A stretch of DNA of 64,000 bases from SAR202 cluster bacterium. Its GTDB lineage: Bacteria; Chloroflexota; Dehalococcoidia; Lucifugimonadales; UBA826. The notes beneath the pieces were generated by a model. It ran no database searches. It was not told the origin of the DNA and saw only the letters and a list, made by a program, of their open reading frames with translations. The position numbers were made by a program, and so were the translations under genes. Shown in pieces: positions 9,279 to 19,010 of the stretch. Each line of letters opens with the position of its first letter. Position 1 is the first letter of the stretch. The stretch spans positions 1,373 through 65,372 of the forward strand of contig JAKUTY010000005.1 of assembly GCA_022447825.1 (NCBI GenBank), given 5' to 3'.

Positions 9279-10538
9279 TTACTTGATCAATGAATTGATG
9301 ATTTCGTACCCCTTGTCTAACTGATCTACCGCTGCTTTTTGCTCGTCGTTTGAAGAAACTACTATATCTGGGGCAAGTCCTCCTTCTATAGGTCTCTTGT
9401 TTGGTGTATACCAGCGCCCTATAGACATATACAAAGCTCCTCCATTTGGTAGGGGGGCATATTGATTGACTGTCCCTTTTCCAAAAGATTTTTCACCAAT
9501 GATTGTAGCTCTACTATGGTCTTGGAAAGCTCCCATCAGGATTTCGCTACCACTGGCACTAAATCTGTCTACTAAAACAACCAAAGGTAAATCTTTCGAA
9601 ATGCATTCCGAATTTGATTTCCATATTTTTTCTCTGTTGTACCTTTCTTCTACTAAAATTATTAAGTCTTCATCGAGAAAAAAGTCGGCAATTTCGAAAA
9701 CTTGTTGCAAGTATCCTCCAGGGTTTCTCCTTAAGTCTAAAATAATTCCTTTTGCTCCAAGTTTTATTTCTTTTTCTAAAATATTTTTCAGTTTTGATGG
9801 CGTGTTTGCGTTGAATTGGGTAATTCGGATATGGGCTACTTCATTTCCTGAATCACTTCTTAATATTACGCTTTCTAATTGAATCACTCCTCTGGTGACT
9901 TGAATTACTACAGGGGACAAATCACCTAAATGGCGTATTTCTAAGTCTACAGTTGTTCCTTCAGGACCACGTATTAAAGCTACTGCTTCTAGTAATGACA
10001 TTCCTTCAAGGGATGTGCCGTTCACTGAAAGGACTATGTCGCCAGCTTTTATTCCTGATGACTCTGCTGGACTGCCTTCTATAGGGCTAATAATTTGGAC
10101 CATTCCGTCTTCTCTCATCCTAACGTGTGCACCAATTCCTTGGAATTCTCCAGATAAATCTTCTTTATCTATTTCATAGCTAACTGTATCTACATAAGAT
10201 ATGTATGGATCAGGAACAGAGTTGATTAATCCTTGTATTGCGGCTTCCTCTAGTTCATCAGTATCAAATATATCTCTGTCTATATGTTCAGAATTCAATA
10301 TTTCCCAAGCTTTCCATAACGATTCAAAGTCATTAGGCACAGCTCTCGGGGTTCCTGATTCGGGTGAAGTTGGGATTATTTCAAACGGGTAGGGAGCAGA
10401 TGAGTTTGGAGTCAGTGGTTCTGCTGAAGAGTTCACCGAGTTTTGCGAACAACCTGAAAGCAAAACAACCACAGTTAAAAGTGGGATGATAAAAATCGAT
10501 CTAAAAAATATAAAAAGATATGTATTTTTAATCCACAT
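9279..10538 (-). CDS. ctpA: C-terminal processing protease (S41, PDZ), probable lipoprotein
   Basis: GEFQGIGA, PDZ SPAESSGIKAGD, ILDLRRNPGG, SASGSE, SFGKGTV; lipobox LSGC; start placed at ATG 10538. Confidence 0.9.
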   Translation of the reverse strand: MWIKNTYLFIFFRSIFIIPLLTVVVLLSGCSQNSVNSSAEPLTPNSSAPYPFEIIPTSPESGTPRAVPNDFESLWKAWEILNSEHIDRDIFDTDELEEAAIQGLINSVPDPYISYVDTVSYEIDKEDLSGEFQGIGAHVRMREDGMVQIISPIEGSPAESSGIKAGDIVLSVNGTSLEGMSLLEAVALIRGPEGTTVDLEIRHLGDLSPVVIQVTRGVIQLESVILRSDSGNEVAHIRITQFNANTPSKLKNILEKEIKLGAKGIILDLRRNPGGYLQQVFEIADFFLDEDLIILVEERYNREKIWKSNSECISKDLPLVVLVDRFSASGSEILMGAFQDHSRATIIGEKSFGKGTVNQYAPLPNGGALYMSIGRWYTPNKRPIEGGLAPDIVVSSNDEQKAAVDQLDKGYEIINSLIK

Positions 10539-10612
10539 ATAAAAACCCCCAGATGCTTTATAGGTATAAATACATTTTATCAATTAGTGCGTACGAAATG
10601 TTAAACAAGTTA

Positions 10613-10681
10613 TTGACTTAAATGAAATAAGCAACCATAATCTTGAAATCTATTTCAGTGTTATTTCAAAAAATGAAATAA
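10613..10681 (+). promoter_or_regulatory. Promoter with repeated TGAAAT(AA) operator-like sites
   Basis: TTGACT (10613-18), 17 nt, CATAAT (10636-41); TGAAATAA at 10623; palindrome TGAAAT-CT-ATTTCA 10644-10657; inverted pair TTATTTCA-N5-TGAAATAA 10661-10681. Confidence 0.6.
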
Positions 10682-10691
10682 GGGTGTTTTT

Positions 10692-11618
10692 ATGACTAGG
10701 ACTAGAGTTGTTCGTACATATCCAGCTCACGACTTAAAGAGTGCATTAGTTTTGACTGAAGCAATAATTACACAAAATGCAGGTTTGCCTATAGATAGAA
10801 AATTGTTGGCTGAAACATTAAATACTAGCGATAGAAGTAGTAGTTTTGTGACTCTTTTGGCTGCTTCTCAACAATATGGCCTTACTGTGGGTAAATATAA
10901 TTCTAATGAAATATCAGTCACTGAACTGTCTAAATCTATTTTTTCTTCAGTAGAAGAAGAATCTTATTCTGTTAATTTAATGAAAGCTTCATATAATCCA
11001 GATAAATTTAAGGAAATGAAAGATTTACTTCAAGGTCAATTGATGCCTGAACCAAGGTTTTTAAAAAATCTGATATCACAGAACATTCAAATTCATGAAA
11101 GTCAGATAGAGGAATTTATAAAGATATATACATCTAATGATAATTTTGTAAATAAAAGTAAAAAAGTTGATGTATCTCCAACAAATGTTAGCCCAATTCA
11201 AATAAATCGCAATTCAGATGCTGTCGTTTGCATATTTGGAGGTAAATCAACAAAAGATCAACTAATATTAGATTTGTCACAAAAACTTAACTTGCGGTAT
11301 GTTCACGTAGATTTTAATGAAATATCATCAAGTCTCGGCACTATTCAAGATATAAATATTGCTGGGTCTATAGTTTGTTTACCTGACGAATTTTCTGATT
11401 ATTTAAATCCTACTTCTATATTTACGTTGGGTGTTGCTAATGGGTTTAGTCCAGGTAAAGTAATCGTAATTGGTATGACTGATGAACTCGAAAATTTTCT
11501 AAACACTCAGATCTTCCAAGGGGCAACTACGATTTACGGTTCAGATGATTCCAAAATACAGTTAGATGTTTTATCTGCCATGAATCAATTAGGTATTCTT
11601 TCATTATCCATAAACTGA
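10692..11618 (+). CDS. wHTH-like N-terminal domain fused to degenerate TIR-like domain
   Basis: N-term YPAHDLKSAL..AIITQNAGLP..LAETLN..SSSF..LLAASQQYGLT..YNSNEISVTEL resembles N-domains I recall from CAP12-type TIR fusions; C-term beta/alpha segment LNPTSIFTLGVANGFSPGKVIVI fits the NVxxExGxA TIR helix with E to T. Confidence 0.55.
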   Translation: MTRTRVVRTYPAHDLKSALVLTEAIITQNAGLPIDRKLLAETLNTSDRSSSFVTLLAASQQYGLTVGKYNSNEISVTELSKSIFSSVEEESYSVNLMKASYNPDKFKEMKDLLQGQLMPEPRFLKNLISQNIQIHESQIEEFIKIYTSNDNFVNKSKKVDVSPTNVSPIQINRNSDAVVCIFGGKSTKDQLILDLSQKLNLRYVHVDFNEISSSLGTIQDINIAGSIVCLPDEFSDYLNPTSIFTLGVANGFSPGKVIVIGMTDELENFLNTQIFQGATTIYGSDDSKIQLDVLSAMNQLGILSLSIN

Positions 11619-11667
11619 CTGTAGTTTACATAACATATATAGTGCGCAATCGTTGGTTATGGAAAAA

Positions 11668-12816
11668 CTATACTCTATTGAATATTTGGGTTTCTAATGT
11701 CTGTAGTATTTCTTTTTTACCTAATCCTGTTGTTGCTGAACAGAATATCGGATTTGGTAAAAATTTAATTAAGTCCATTAATTGTTCGTCTGAATAAGGA
11801 TCTGCGCTTGGATCTAATTGGTCTGATTTATTTAAAATTGTTACTACAGGTTTTTTGTCTAAACCTAAATCTTTCCACAATGATTGAACTGCATTTACTT
11901 TCATTGTTTTATTTCTATCAGTAACATCAATTACGTGCATCATCATGTCTGCCTCTAATGTTTCTTCTAATGTTGCTCTAAATGATGCTATTAGATTTGT
12001 CGGTAGTTTTTGTATAAAACCTACAGTGTCTGTGATCAGTGCACTTTTATTTTTAAAACTAACTTTTCTAGTTGTTGGATCTAATGTTGAAAAAAGTTTG
12101 TCTTCAGAGAGTACGTTTGATCTTGTTAACATATTTAACAAAGTGCTTTTACCTGCATTTGTATATCCCGTTAATGTAATTGTGGGTATCCCTGAGTTTT
12201 TTCTTTTTGATCGGTACCTTTGCCTATGGGCTTTTACTTTTTCTAATTTAGTTTTTAATTGATTGATTCTGTTCCTTGCTAACCTTCTATCTGTTTCTAT
12301 CTGTGATTCTCCAGGTCCTCTTGTTCCTATGCCACCACCTAACCTTTCCAAGTGAGTCCACTGCCCAGCCAGCCTTGGTAATAAATATTCGTGTTGTGCC
12401 AGCTCTACTTGTAACTTTCCTTCCATCGAAATGGCTCTTGAAGCAAAAATATCTAAAATCAGTGATGTTCTATCTAAAACTTTTATTTTCTCACCTAGTA
12501 ATGTCTCTAGGTTTAGTTGTTGATTTGGAGTTAATTCATCGTCACAAATTACGGTAGTTATTTGATTGACATTCAAATACTCTTTAATTTCTATTAATTT
12601 TCCTTTTCCTAAGTACGTATTTGAATGTTTATCTAATGTTTGAGTAAATGTATTTATTACTTCTGCGCCGGCACTTTCTGTCAATTCTTTTAGTTCTACC
12701 ATGGAATCTTTTAGGTTAAATAAGGTTTTTTTACCTTTAATATTTATACCAAGTAATAGAACTTTTTCTTTTTCTTTTTTAACATTTATTAAGCGTTTAG
12801 AAATATGAGCCCCCAA
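11668..12816 (-). CDS. hflX: GTPase HflX
   Basis: GKLQVELAQ, GIGTRGPGESQIETDRR, GYTNAGKST, LFSTLDPT, DTVGFI, NKSD. Confidence 0.97.
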   Translation of the reverse strand: MGAHISKRLINVKKEKEKVLLLGINIKGKKTLFNLKDSMVELKELTESAGAEVINTFTQTLDKHSNTYLGKGKLIEIKEYLNVNQITTVICDDELTPNQQLNLETLLGEKIKVLDRTSLILDIFASRAISMEGKLQVELAQHEYLLPRLAGQWTHLERLGGGIGTRGPGESQIETDRRLARNRINQLKTKLEKVKAHRQRYRSKRKNSGIPTITLTGYTNAGKSTLLNMLTRSNVLSEDKLFSTLDPTTRKVSFKNKSALITDTVGFIQKLPTNLIASFRATLEETLEADMMMHVIDVTDRNKTMKVNAVQSLWKDLGLDKKPVVTILNKSDQLDPSADPYSDEQLMDLIKFLPNPIFCSATTGLGKKEILQTLETQIFNRV

Positions 12817-13986
12817 TTATTTTTTAGGTATTGACCACCCTTTTAGTCTTTCTAATCCCTCTTGGAGATCTTCTTCAGAAATTGTTAAAGATAGTCTTAT
12901 GTAACCTTCTCCGCTTGGCCCATAACCATTTCCAGCAGTAACCACTACATTTCTTTCTTCTAATAATATTTCCGCAAATTCTGCAGACGTATATCCGTTT
13001 GGAACTTTTACCCATACGTATAGGCTTGCTAGGGGTGCTTTTGCAGATAATCCAATTTGGTTAAGTGCATCTACAACTCTATCTCTTCTTTGTTGATAAA
13101 CATTGTTCCTCTTAGATATTTCTTCGTCTGTAGCTTTTAAAGCTTCAATTCCCATGAACTGAACAGCATTTGGTATACCGGAGTCAAGATTTGATTTGAT
13201 AACCATTAATGCATTAATCATCTCTTTGTTCCCGGCTGCCATTCCTATTCTCCAGCCGGTCATGTTGTAACTTTTAGATAGAGAATGAAACTCTAATCCT
13301 ACATCTTTTGCCCCTTCTACCTCCAAAAAGCTGATTGGTTTGTAATTGTCATATGCTACTTCTGTATAACATGCATCATGCATCACAGCTATATCATAAG
13401 ATTTCGCGAAATCTATTACTTCTTGAAAGTATTCTTTAGTAGCTATTGCACCTGTGGGATTATTTGGATAGTTAAGCCACATCACCTTAGCCTTTTTTGC
13501 TATATCGGAAGGTATTTCTGATAAGTTTGGCAGCCACCCTTCTGATTCTTTAAGGTTCATCCAATGGCAATCTCCTCCCGCAAACCATGTTCCTACTGAA
13601 TAAACAGGGTACCCAGGATCTGGAACTAAAGCGATGTCTCCAGGATTTATGAAGCACAATGATGCATGCCCTATCCCTTCTTTTGCTCCTATTAGAGGAA
13701 GTACTTCATTATCCGCATGAAGTTCAACATTGAATCTTTTTTTATACCATTCGGAAACTGCTTTTCTAAATTCGGGTAAGCCATCTGTTTCAGGGTATCT
13801 GTGATTTGGGGTGTCGAGAGACGTATTTCTTAATTCTTCTATTACGCTCGATGGTGTAGCAAGGTCAGGGTCACCTATACCGAATGAAATTACTTTGATC
13901 CCTTGAGATTTTTTTGCGGCTATTTTTCTACTGATTTCCAAAAATAAATAAGGTGGAACTTTTTCAACTCTGTCAGCTAATTGCAT
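12817..13986 (-). CDS. dapL: LL-diaminopimelate aminotransferase
   Basis: PPYLF, GIGDPD, NYPNNPTG, HSLSKSYNMTGWRIG; adjacent to dapF. Confidence 0.85.
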   Translation of the reverse strand: MQLADRVEKVPPYLFLEISRKIAAKKSQGIKVISFGIGDPDLATPSSVIEELRNTSLDTPNHRYPETDGLPEFRKAVSEWYKKRFNVELHADNEVLPLIGAKEGIGHASLCFINPGDIALVPDPGYPVYSVGTWFAGGDCHWMNLKESEGWLPNLSEIPSDIAKKAKVMWLNYPNNPTGAIATKEYFQEVIDFAKSYDIAVMHDACYTEVAYDNYKPISFLEVEGAKDVGLEFHSLSKSYNMTGWRIGMAAGNKEMINALMVIKSNLDSGIPNAVQFMGIEALKATDEEISKRNNVYQQRRDRVVDALNQIGLSAKAPLASLYVWVKVPNGYTSAEFAEILLEERNVVVTAGNGYGPSGEGYIRLSLTISEEDLQEGLERLKGWSIPKK

Positions 13987-14000
13987 TATTTCTCCTATTA

Positions 14001-14840
14001 TTATTCCCAGATTCCTGAAAAAACTTTTTCAACAGGTCCAGTCATTAACACTTCATTATTATCTACCCAAGAAATTTCTAAATCTCCTCCGGGTAATGAT
14101 ATGGTTCACGAATCATCGATCAAGCCCTTGAGTTTTGCGGCTACTGCAACGGCGCATGCGCCTGTTCCGCATGCCATAGTAATCCCCGACCCTCTTTCCC
14201 ATACTCGTACTTTTAGATGAGACCTATTGATTACATTTACTATTTCAAAATTGATTTTATTTGGAAAAATCTTATTTGTTTCTACTAAAGGACCAATATC
14301 AGTTAAAGGGTATTGGTCTACATCTTCTTCAATAAAACTAATTGCATGAGGGTTACCCATAGACACAAATGAAAGTTTCATTTGTTCATGCCCGATAGTT
14401 AATTCATGATCTAAAACTGCAGATTGTTGAGAATCTATGTTCACTGGAATTTGTGATGGGTTTAGTATAGGTAAGCCCATTGAAACAGTTGCTCCAGTCA
14501 TTTTATTATTAGTTCTGATAGGTTCTACTGTTAAAATCCCTGCTCCTGTTTCTACAAGAACTTTTTTTTGATCAGGTTGGATTAAATTTTCGTTTATAGC
14601 GAAACTTACAAGACATCTGATTCCATTTCCGCACATTTCACCTTCAGAACCATCAGAATTAAACATCCTCATTTTTATATCGGCTATTTCTGAATTCATA
14701 GCTAAAATGAGTCCATCTGAACCTATTCCCTTATGTCTGTCACTCATATTCACTGCAATTTGAGCCCAGTCTTCAGAAATGTTGGATGCGTCTATATAGA
14801 CATAATCGTTTCCGGCACCATGCATTTTAGTGAATTCCAT
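14001..14840 (-). CDS. dapF: Diaminopimelate epimerase with in-frame TGA at 14106-14108
   Basis: KMHGAGNDY, EMCGNGIRC, SMGNPH, WERGSGITMACGTG; frame continues past TGA as TISLPGGDLEISW...LMTGPVEKVFSGIWE to TAA at 14001. Confidence 0.92.
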
Positions 14841-14854
14841 ATAATTAGCCCCTA

Positions 14855-15772
14855 TTATGTTAATAACGAAATGTGATGATTAATTTTATCAAGGATTTGG
14901 GTTTTGGGAATATCAGTCAGATTAAACCATTGAATCCGGGAATCATTTAATTTAAACCAGTTATATTGTGACCGTATATATTTATGTGTTCTAAACTGAA
15001 TTTTTTCAATACATGTATCTAAGTCGATCTCGTTTTTTAGTAATTGGGCCGTTTCTAAATACCCGATACTAGTCATAGCTGACAATGAATCTGTATACCC
15101 TTTTTGAATTAATGAATTCACTTCTTCAGGTAGTGAATTGTGACAGAACATTTGTTTAATTCTGTTATCCACTTTACTGTATAAAGTAGTTCTATCAATT
15201 GTGATTCCTAATATCTGCATGTTATTTGTTATGTGATTCTTGGAATTATTAGAAATATCTGGAGTGGGATTCAAGAGCTTTTCAATTAATCTGATTACTC
15301 TTCTTGGATTATTAAAGTCTATCTCGATTTGATTTGTGAAGTTTGGCAGTTTAAGTAAAAATTCTTGTAAGCCTTTGATTCCATGGTTTTGTAAAACAAA
15401 ATCCAAATCCTTCCTTAGGTGATTGTTGGGTGGTATATCTGAAAGATCCCAGTTTTCAACTAGTGACCAGATGTATTGACCAGTTCCCCCAACCAAAATA
15501 GGTGTATTGCCCCTATCTTTTATTTCGTCAATTTTAGTTTTAACGTGGATTCTGAAATCATAAACACTAAATTGTATTTTCGGGTCTATAAACCCGTATA
15601 AATGATGGGGAATATTATCTTGTTCTGATATTGAAGGCGTAGCTGTACCTACATACATATGTTTGTAGATTTGACGACTATCGAAATTTACTACTTCACC
15701 TGAAACTTTTTTTGCAATATCTATAGAGAGCTTAGATTTGCCTACACCTGTTGGACCTACAATTATTATCAT
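14855..15772 (-). CDS. miaA: tRNA dimethylallyltransferase
   Basis: GPTGVGKS, DSRQIY, VGTA, VGGTGQY, SIGYLE. Confidence 0.95.
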   Translation of the reverse strand: MIIIVGPTGVGKSKLSIDIAKKVSGEVVNFDSRQIYKHMYVGTATPSISEQDNIPHHLYGFIDPKIQFSVYDFRIHVKTKIDEIKDRGNTPILVGGTGQYIWSLVENWDLSDIPPNNHLRKDLDFVLQNHGIKGLQEFLLKLPNFTNQIEIDFNNPRRVIRLIEKLLNPTPDISNNSKNHITNNMQILGITIDRTTLYSKVDNRIKQMFCHNSLPEEVNSLIQKGYTDSLSAMTSIGYLETAQLLKNEIDLDTCIEKIQFRTHKYIRSQYNWFKLNDSRIQWFNLTDIPKTQILDKINHHISLLT

Positions 15773-15773
15773 T

Positions 15774-16571
15774 TTATGTAGGAGATAGGGTAATGATTTT
15801 ATCTAGAATCATTTGAAACTTTTGCAGATCTACACTTGAAGACCCAACTAAAACTCCATCAATATCACTTGCCGAAAGGTAGTCAGTAATATTCTCATTA
15901 TTTACACTTCCCCCGTATAAAATTTTAATTAAGCTTAAATCGAGGTGAGGGATATTTTGCTTCAGTATCTTTTTGATAAGTTTAGATTTTAAATTTACCT
16001 CTAAAGGAGATGTTGCAACTCCCGTTCCGATGGACCCTGTCGGTTCATACGCAAAAACTACTTGATGAGATATGTCTATGTCAGCAACTGATGACAATAT
16101 TTGCTCTCTCAGGTAACCTTCAGAATCATTTTTTAATAGGTTTTCTGGTTCACCTATACAAATAACTGGCTCTAATTTGTTTTCAAGTATTAAAGCCGTT
16201 TTTTTGTTTAAGTCAGCATTTTTTTCCGCAAATATGTTGCGTCTTTCTGAGTGCCCCACCAATATTGATTCACAATATCCCTGAATGGCCATAATTGAAG
16301 TTTCGCCGGTAAAGGCCCCAGTTTTTTCGTAGTGAATATTTTGACAACCCATAGAAAGTTTTAGTTTTTTGTTAGGCAAATCACAATTTGAAATAATCTT
16401 GCTAAGTGATCTCAATGATGACGTTGACGGGAATAGTTTTAAATTGATATTTGGGGTGTTGTCAGGGAGAGTTAATGTTTGTAGGCTTGATAATATACCT
16501 CTAAGTAGAGATTCGGACTGTTCGTCGTCTAAGTAAATTTTCCAGTTACAATAAATATAAACATCTTTCAT
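15774..16571 (-). CDS. tpiA: Triosephosphate isomerase
   Basis: NWK, GAFTGE, VGHSERR, CIGE, AYEP, LYGGSV, DGVLVG. Confidence 0.93.
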   Translation of the reverse strand: MKDVYIYCNWKIYLDDEQSESLLRGILSSLQTLTLPDNTPNINLKLFPSTSSLRSLSKIISNCDLPNKKLKLSMGCQNIHYEKTGAFTGETSIMAIQGYCESILVGHSERRNIFAEKNADLNKKTALILENKLEPVICIGEPENLLKNDSEGYLREQILSSVADIDISHQVVFAYEPTGSIGTGVATSPLEVNLKSKLIKKILKQNIPHLDLSLIKILYGGSVNNENITDYLSASDIDGVLVGSSSVDLQKFQMILDKIITLSPT

Positions 16572-16594
16572 GGATATCTCGATATATTAATATA

Positions 16595-17812
16595 TTAAGG
16601 GCCGAATTTGTGAAGTTTTTCAGCGTGCGCGAGCACCAAAAGCATTAGATGTTCTGCAGAAATAGATCCTGCCGAACCTAATTGAGTGAATGAAGTTTCA
16701 TTAAACTCGATTTCAGGCGTAGATTGGGATATTTTAGAATTAATTAAAAATGGCACAGGGTGCCAGCTATGTGATGAAAGGTATGAAGGTGTAGAGTGGT
16801 CTCCGGCTACCACTAATACATCGGGGTTTAAATCAAGTATTTGAGGAATGAAGGAGTCGAATGTTTCCAAAGCCTGAACTTTGGCATTAAAGTTTCCGTC
16901 CTCCCCTGCACTGTCAGCAGGTTTATAGTGTACAAAGTAATAGTCATATAGATTTTTGTGAAAGTTTTCAGATAGTGTGGAAAATTCATCTGTAAATTCT
17001 TGACCACACTCTAGAACGTTCATTCCTAATAATCCTGATACTCCTCTGTACATTGGGTAACCAGCAATACACGCTGCATTTAACTTATAGTTCTCACAGA
17101 AATCTGGAAGAGTTGGGGTGCTGGAGAATCCTCTTAAAATTATTCCATTAGCTCGAGATTTTGCATTTTTCAATAGTTTAATTGCTTCTTGGGTAAACAT
17201 GTTTACGGCTAAAGATGTACTGGATCCTTTATCTGATATTGGATTGGACTGAAGGATTTCAGAACCTTCTATTTGAGGGTCAGTTTCGGTAATTTCATGA
17301 GAGACCCCTTGTCCTTTGATAACTACTACAAATCTGTAATCCATCACAGGGTAAACTTCAAAGTCAAAACCAGGAATTTCTATAGTATTCAATAGCTTAA
17401 CTAATTCTTTGCATTCATTTGTACTTAGCCTGCCTGCTCTGCGGTCAGTAATTACACCTGACTGGTCAGTGAGGCAAAAGTTTCCACGAGCAGCTACGTC
17501 CTTACCATCTATTTGGGCATTAATTCCAAGTCCCTCTAAAACGCCTCTTCCCAATAAGTACTTAACAGGGTTATAGCCAAACAATGCCATATGACCCGGA
17601 CCGCTCCCAGGTGTAATTCCAGGTAATACAGGTGTAGAAACACCACATGTACTTATTTTAGATAGCTTATCTAAGTTTGGAAGATTTGCCACTTCTAATT
17701 CGGATAAGCCTGTTTGCGGGTTTTTCATTCCTCCTAATCCATCTGCAACTAACATAATGATTTTAGAGGATGTTTTTCTCGTAATTGATTGTATGTATGG
17801 AAAATCTATCAT
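16595..17812 (-). CDS. apgM: Cofactor-independent phosphoglycerate mutase, ApgM type
   Basis: VADGLGG, PGSGPGHMALFGY, DRRAGR, DSAGEDG, GDHSTP, HSWHPVP. Confidence 0.92.
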   Translation of the reverse strand: MIDFPYIQSITRKTSSKIIMLVADGLGGMKNPQTGLSELEVANLPNLDKLSKISTCGVSTPVLPGITPGSGPGHMALFGYNPVKYLLGRGVLEGLGINAQIDGKDVAARGNFCLTDQSGVITDRRAGRLSTNECKELVKLLNTIEIPGFDFEVYPVMDYRFVVVIKGQGVSHEITETDPQIEGSEILQSNPISDKGSSTSLAVNMFTQEAIKLLKNAKSRANGIILRGFSSTPTLPDFCENYKLNAACIAGYPMYRGVSGLLGMNVLECGQEFTDEFSTLSENFHKNLYDYYFVHYKPADSAGEDGNFNAKVQALETFDSFIPQILDLNPDVLVVAGDHSTPSYLSSHSWHPVPFLINSKISQSTPEIEFNETSFTQLGSAGSISAEHLMLLVLAHAEKLHKFGP

Positions 17813-17813
17813 T

Positions 17814-19010
17814 TTATATATCTTCTAATACAGCTATACCTGGCAGCTGTTTTCCTTCTAAAAATTCTAATGATGCTCCACCACCTGTTGAGATATGATT
17901 AATGTTATCTTGAACTTGAAAGTGTATGGATGCATCAACTGTTGATCCACCACCTATTATAGATTTAGCAGAACTTCTAGCAACTGATTTAGCAATTTGC
18001 TTGGTTCCGTTACTAAAACTTTCCCATTCATAAATTCCCATTGGTCCATTCCATAATATTGTTGAGCTATTTTCAATAATTGATTCGTAATGTGAGATTG
18101 TTTTGGGGCCTATATCTAATATCATTTCATCTGTACAGATATCTTTGATCGAACAAGTGCGATATTGAGTATGCTCATTAAAATCTTTTCCTACAATGAC
18201 GTCTTGAGGAAAACATAGATGATTTGAATTGTCAATTTTATCTTTATAAATCATTTGTGAGCATAAATCGATTAAATCAGGCTCTACAATTGATTTGCCT
18301 ACTTCAACATTCTGGCTGAGCAGAAACGTAGCAGCCATTCCTCCTCCTAAGAGAATATTATCCGATTTAGGTAGAATGTTTTCGATTACTTTGATTTTAT
18401 CTGAAACTTTAGCACCACCTAAAATTGCAGTAAAAGGAGTTTTCGGGTTATCCGTAATACTTGATAATTCTTTAATTTCTTTTTCCAGTAATAATCCAGC
18501 AACAGACGGTACAAATTGAGGGATTCCTGATATGGATGCATGAGATCTATGGCTTGCACCAAAAGCATCATTTACATATACATCACATAAAGACGATAGA
18601 AGTCTAGAGAATTCAGTACTGTTTTCTTCTTCTTCTTTGTGAAACCTAAGGTTTTCAAGCATCAAAATATTATTTTGTGACATTTCTGAAATTCTATTAA
18701 AAATCGAAGAATCAATCGGGTATGTGATAAATCCTACTTCTTTTTCTAAAATTCCAGACAATATTTGGCGAATTGGATCTAATGAAAGTTCTTTATGATA
18801 TTCTCCTTTCGGCCTACCAAAATGAGAGCAAATTATGACTTTGCAGTTATTTTTTAATAAAAATTTTATTGTTGGAATTGTTGAAATTATCCTTGTTAAA
18901 TCCAAAACCTCTCCACTAATGGGGTCAAATGGTAAGTTGTAATCAACTCTAAGCAATACGGTTTTTTTTTCAAGATTAATATTTTGAATAGATTTTTTTG
19001 AAATAGTCAT
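17814..19010 (-). CDS. pgk: Phosphoglycerate kinase
   Basis: LRVDYNLP, SHFGRP, LENLRF, NDAFGASHR, GGAKVSDK, ISTGGGASLE; start at ATG 19010 overlapping upstream stop. Confidence 0.96.
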   Translation of the reverse strand: MTISKKSIQNINLEKKTVLLRVDYNLPFDPISGEVLDLTRIISTIPTIKFLLKNNCKVIICSHFGRPKGEYHKELSLDPIRQILSGILEKEVGFITYPIDSSIFNRISEMSQNNILMLENLRFHKEEEENSTEFSRLLSSLCDVYVNDAFGASHRSHASISGIPQFVPSVAGLLLEKEIKELSSITDNPKTPFTAILGGAKVSDKIKVIENILPKSDNILLGGGMAATFLLSQNVEVGKSIVEPDLIDLCSQMIYKDKIDNSNHLCFPQDVIVGKDFNEHTQYRTCSIKDICTDEMILDIGPKTISHYESIIENSSTILWNGPMGIYEWESFSNGTKQIAKSVARSSAKSIIGGGSTVDASIHFQVQDNINHISTGGGASLEFLEGKQLPGIAVLEDI

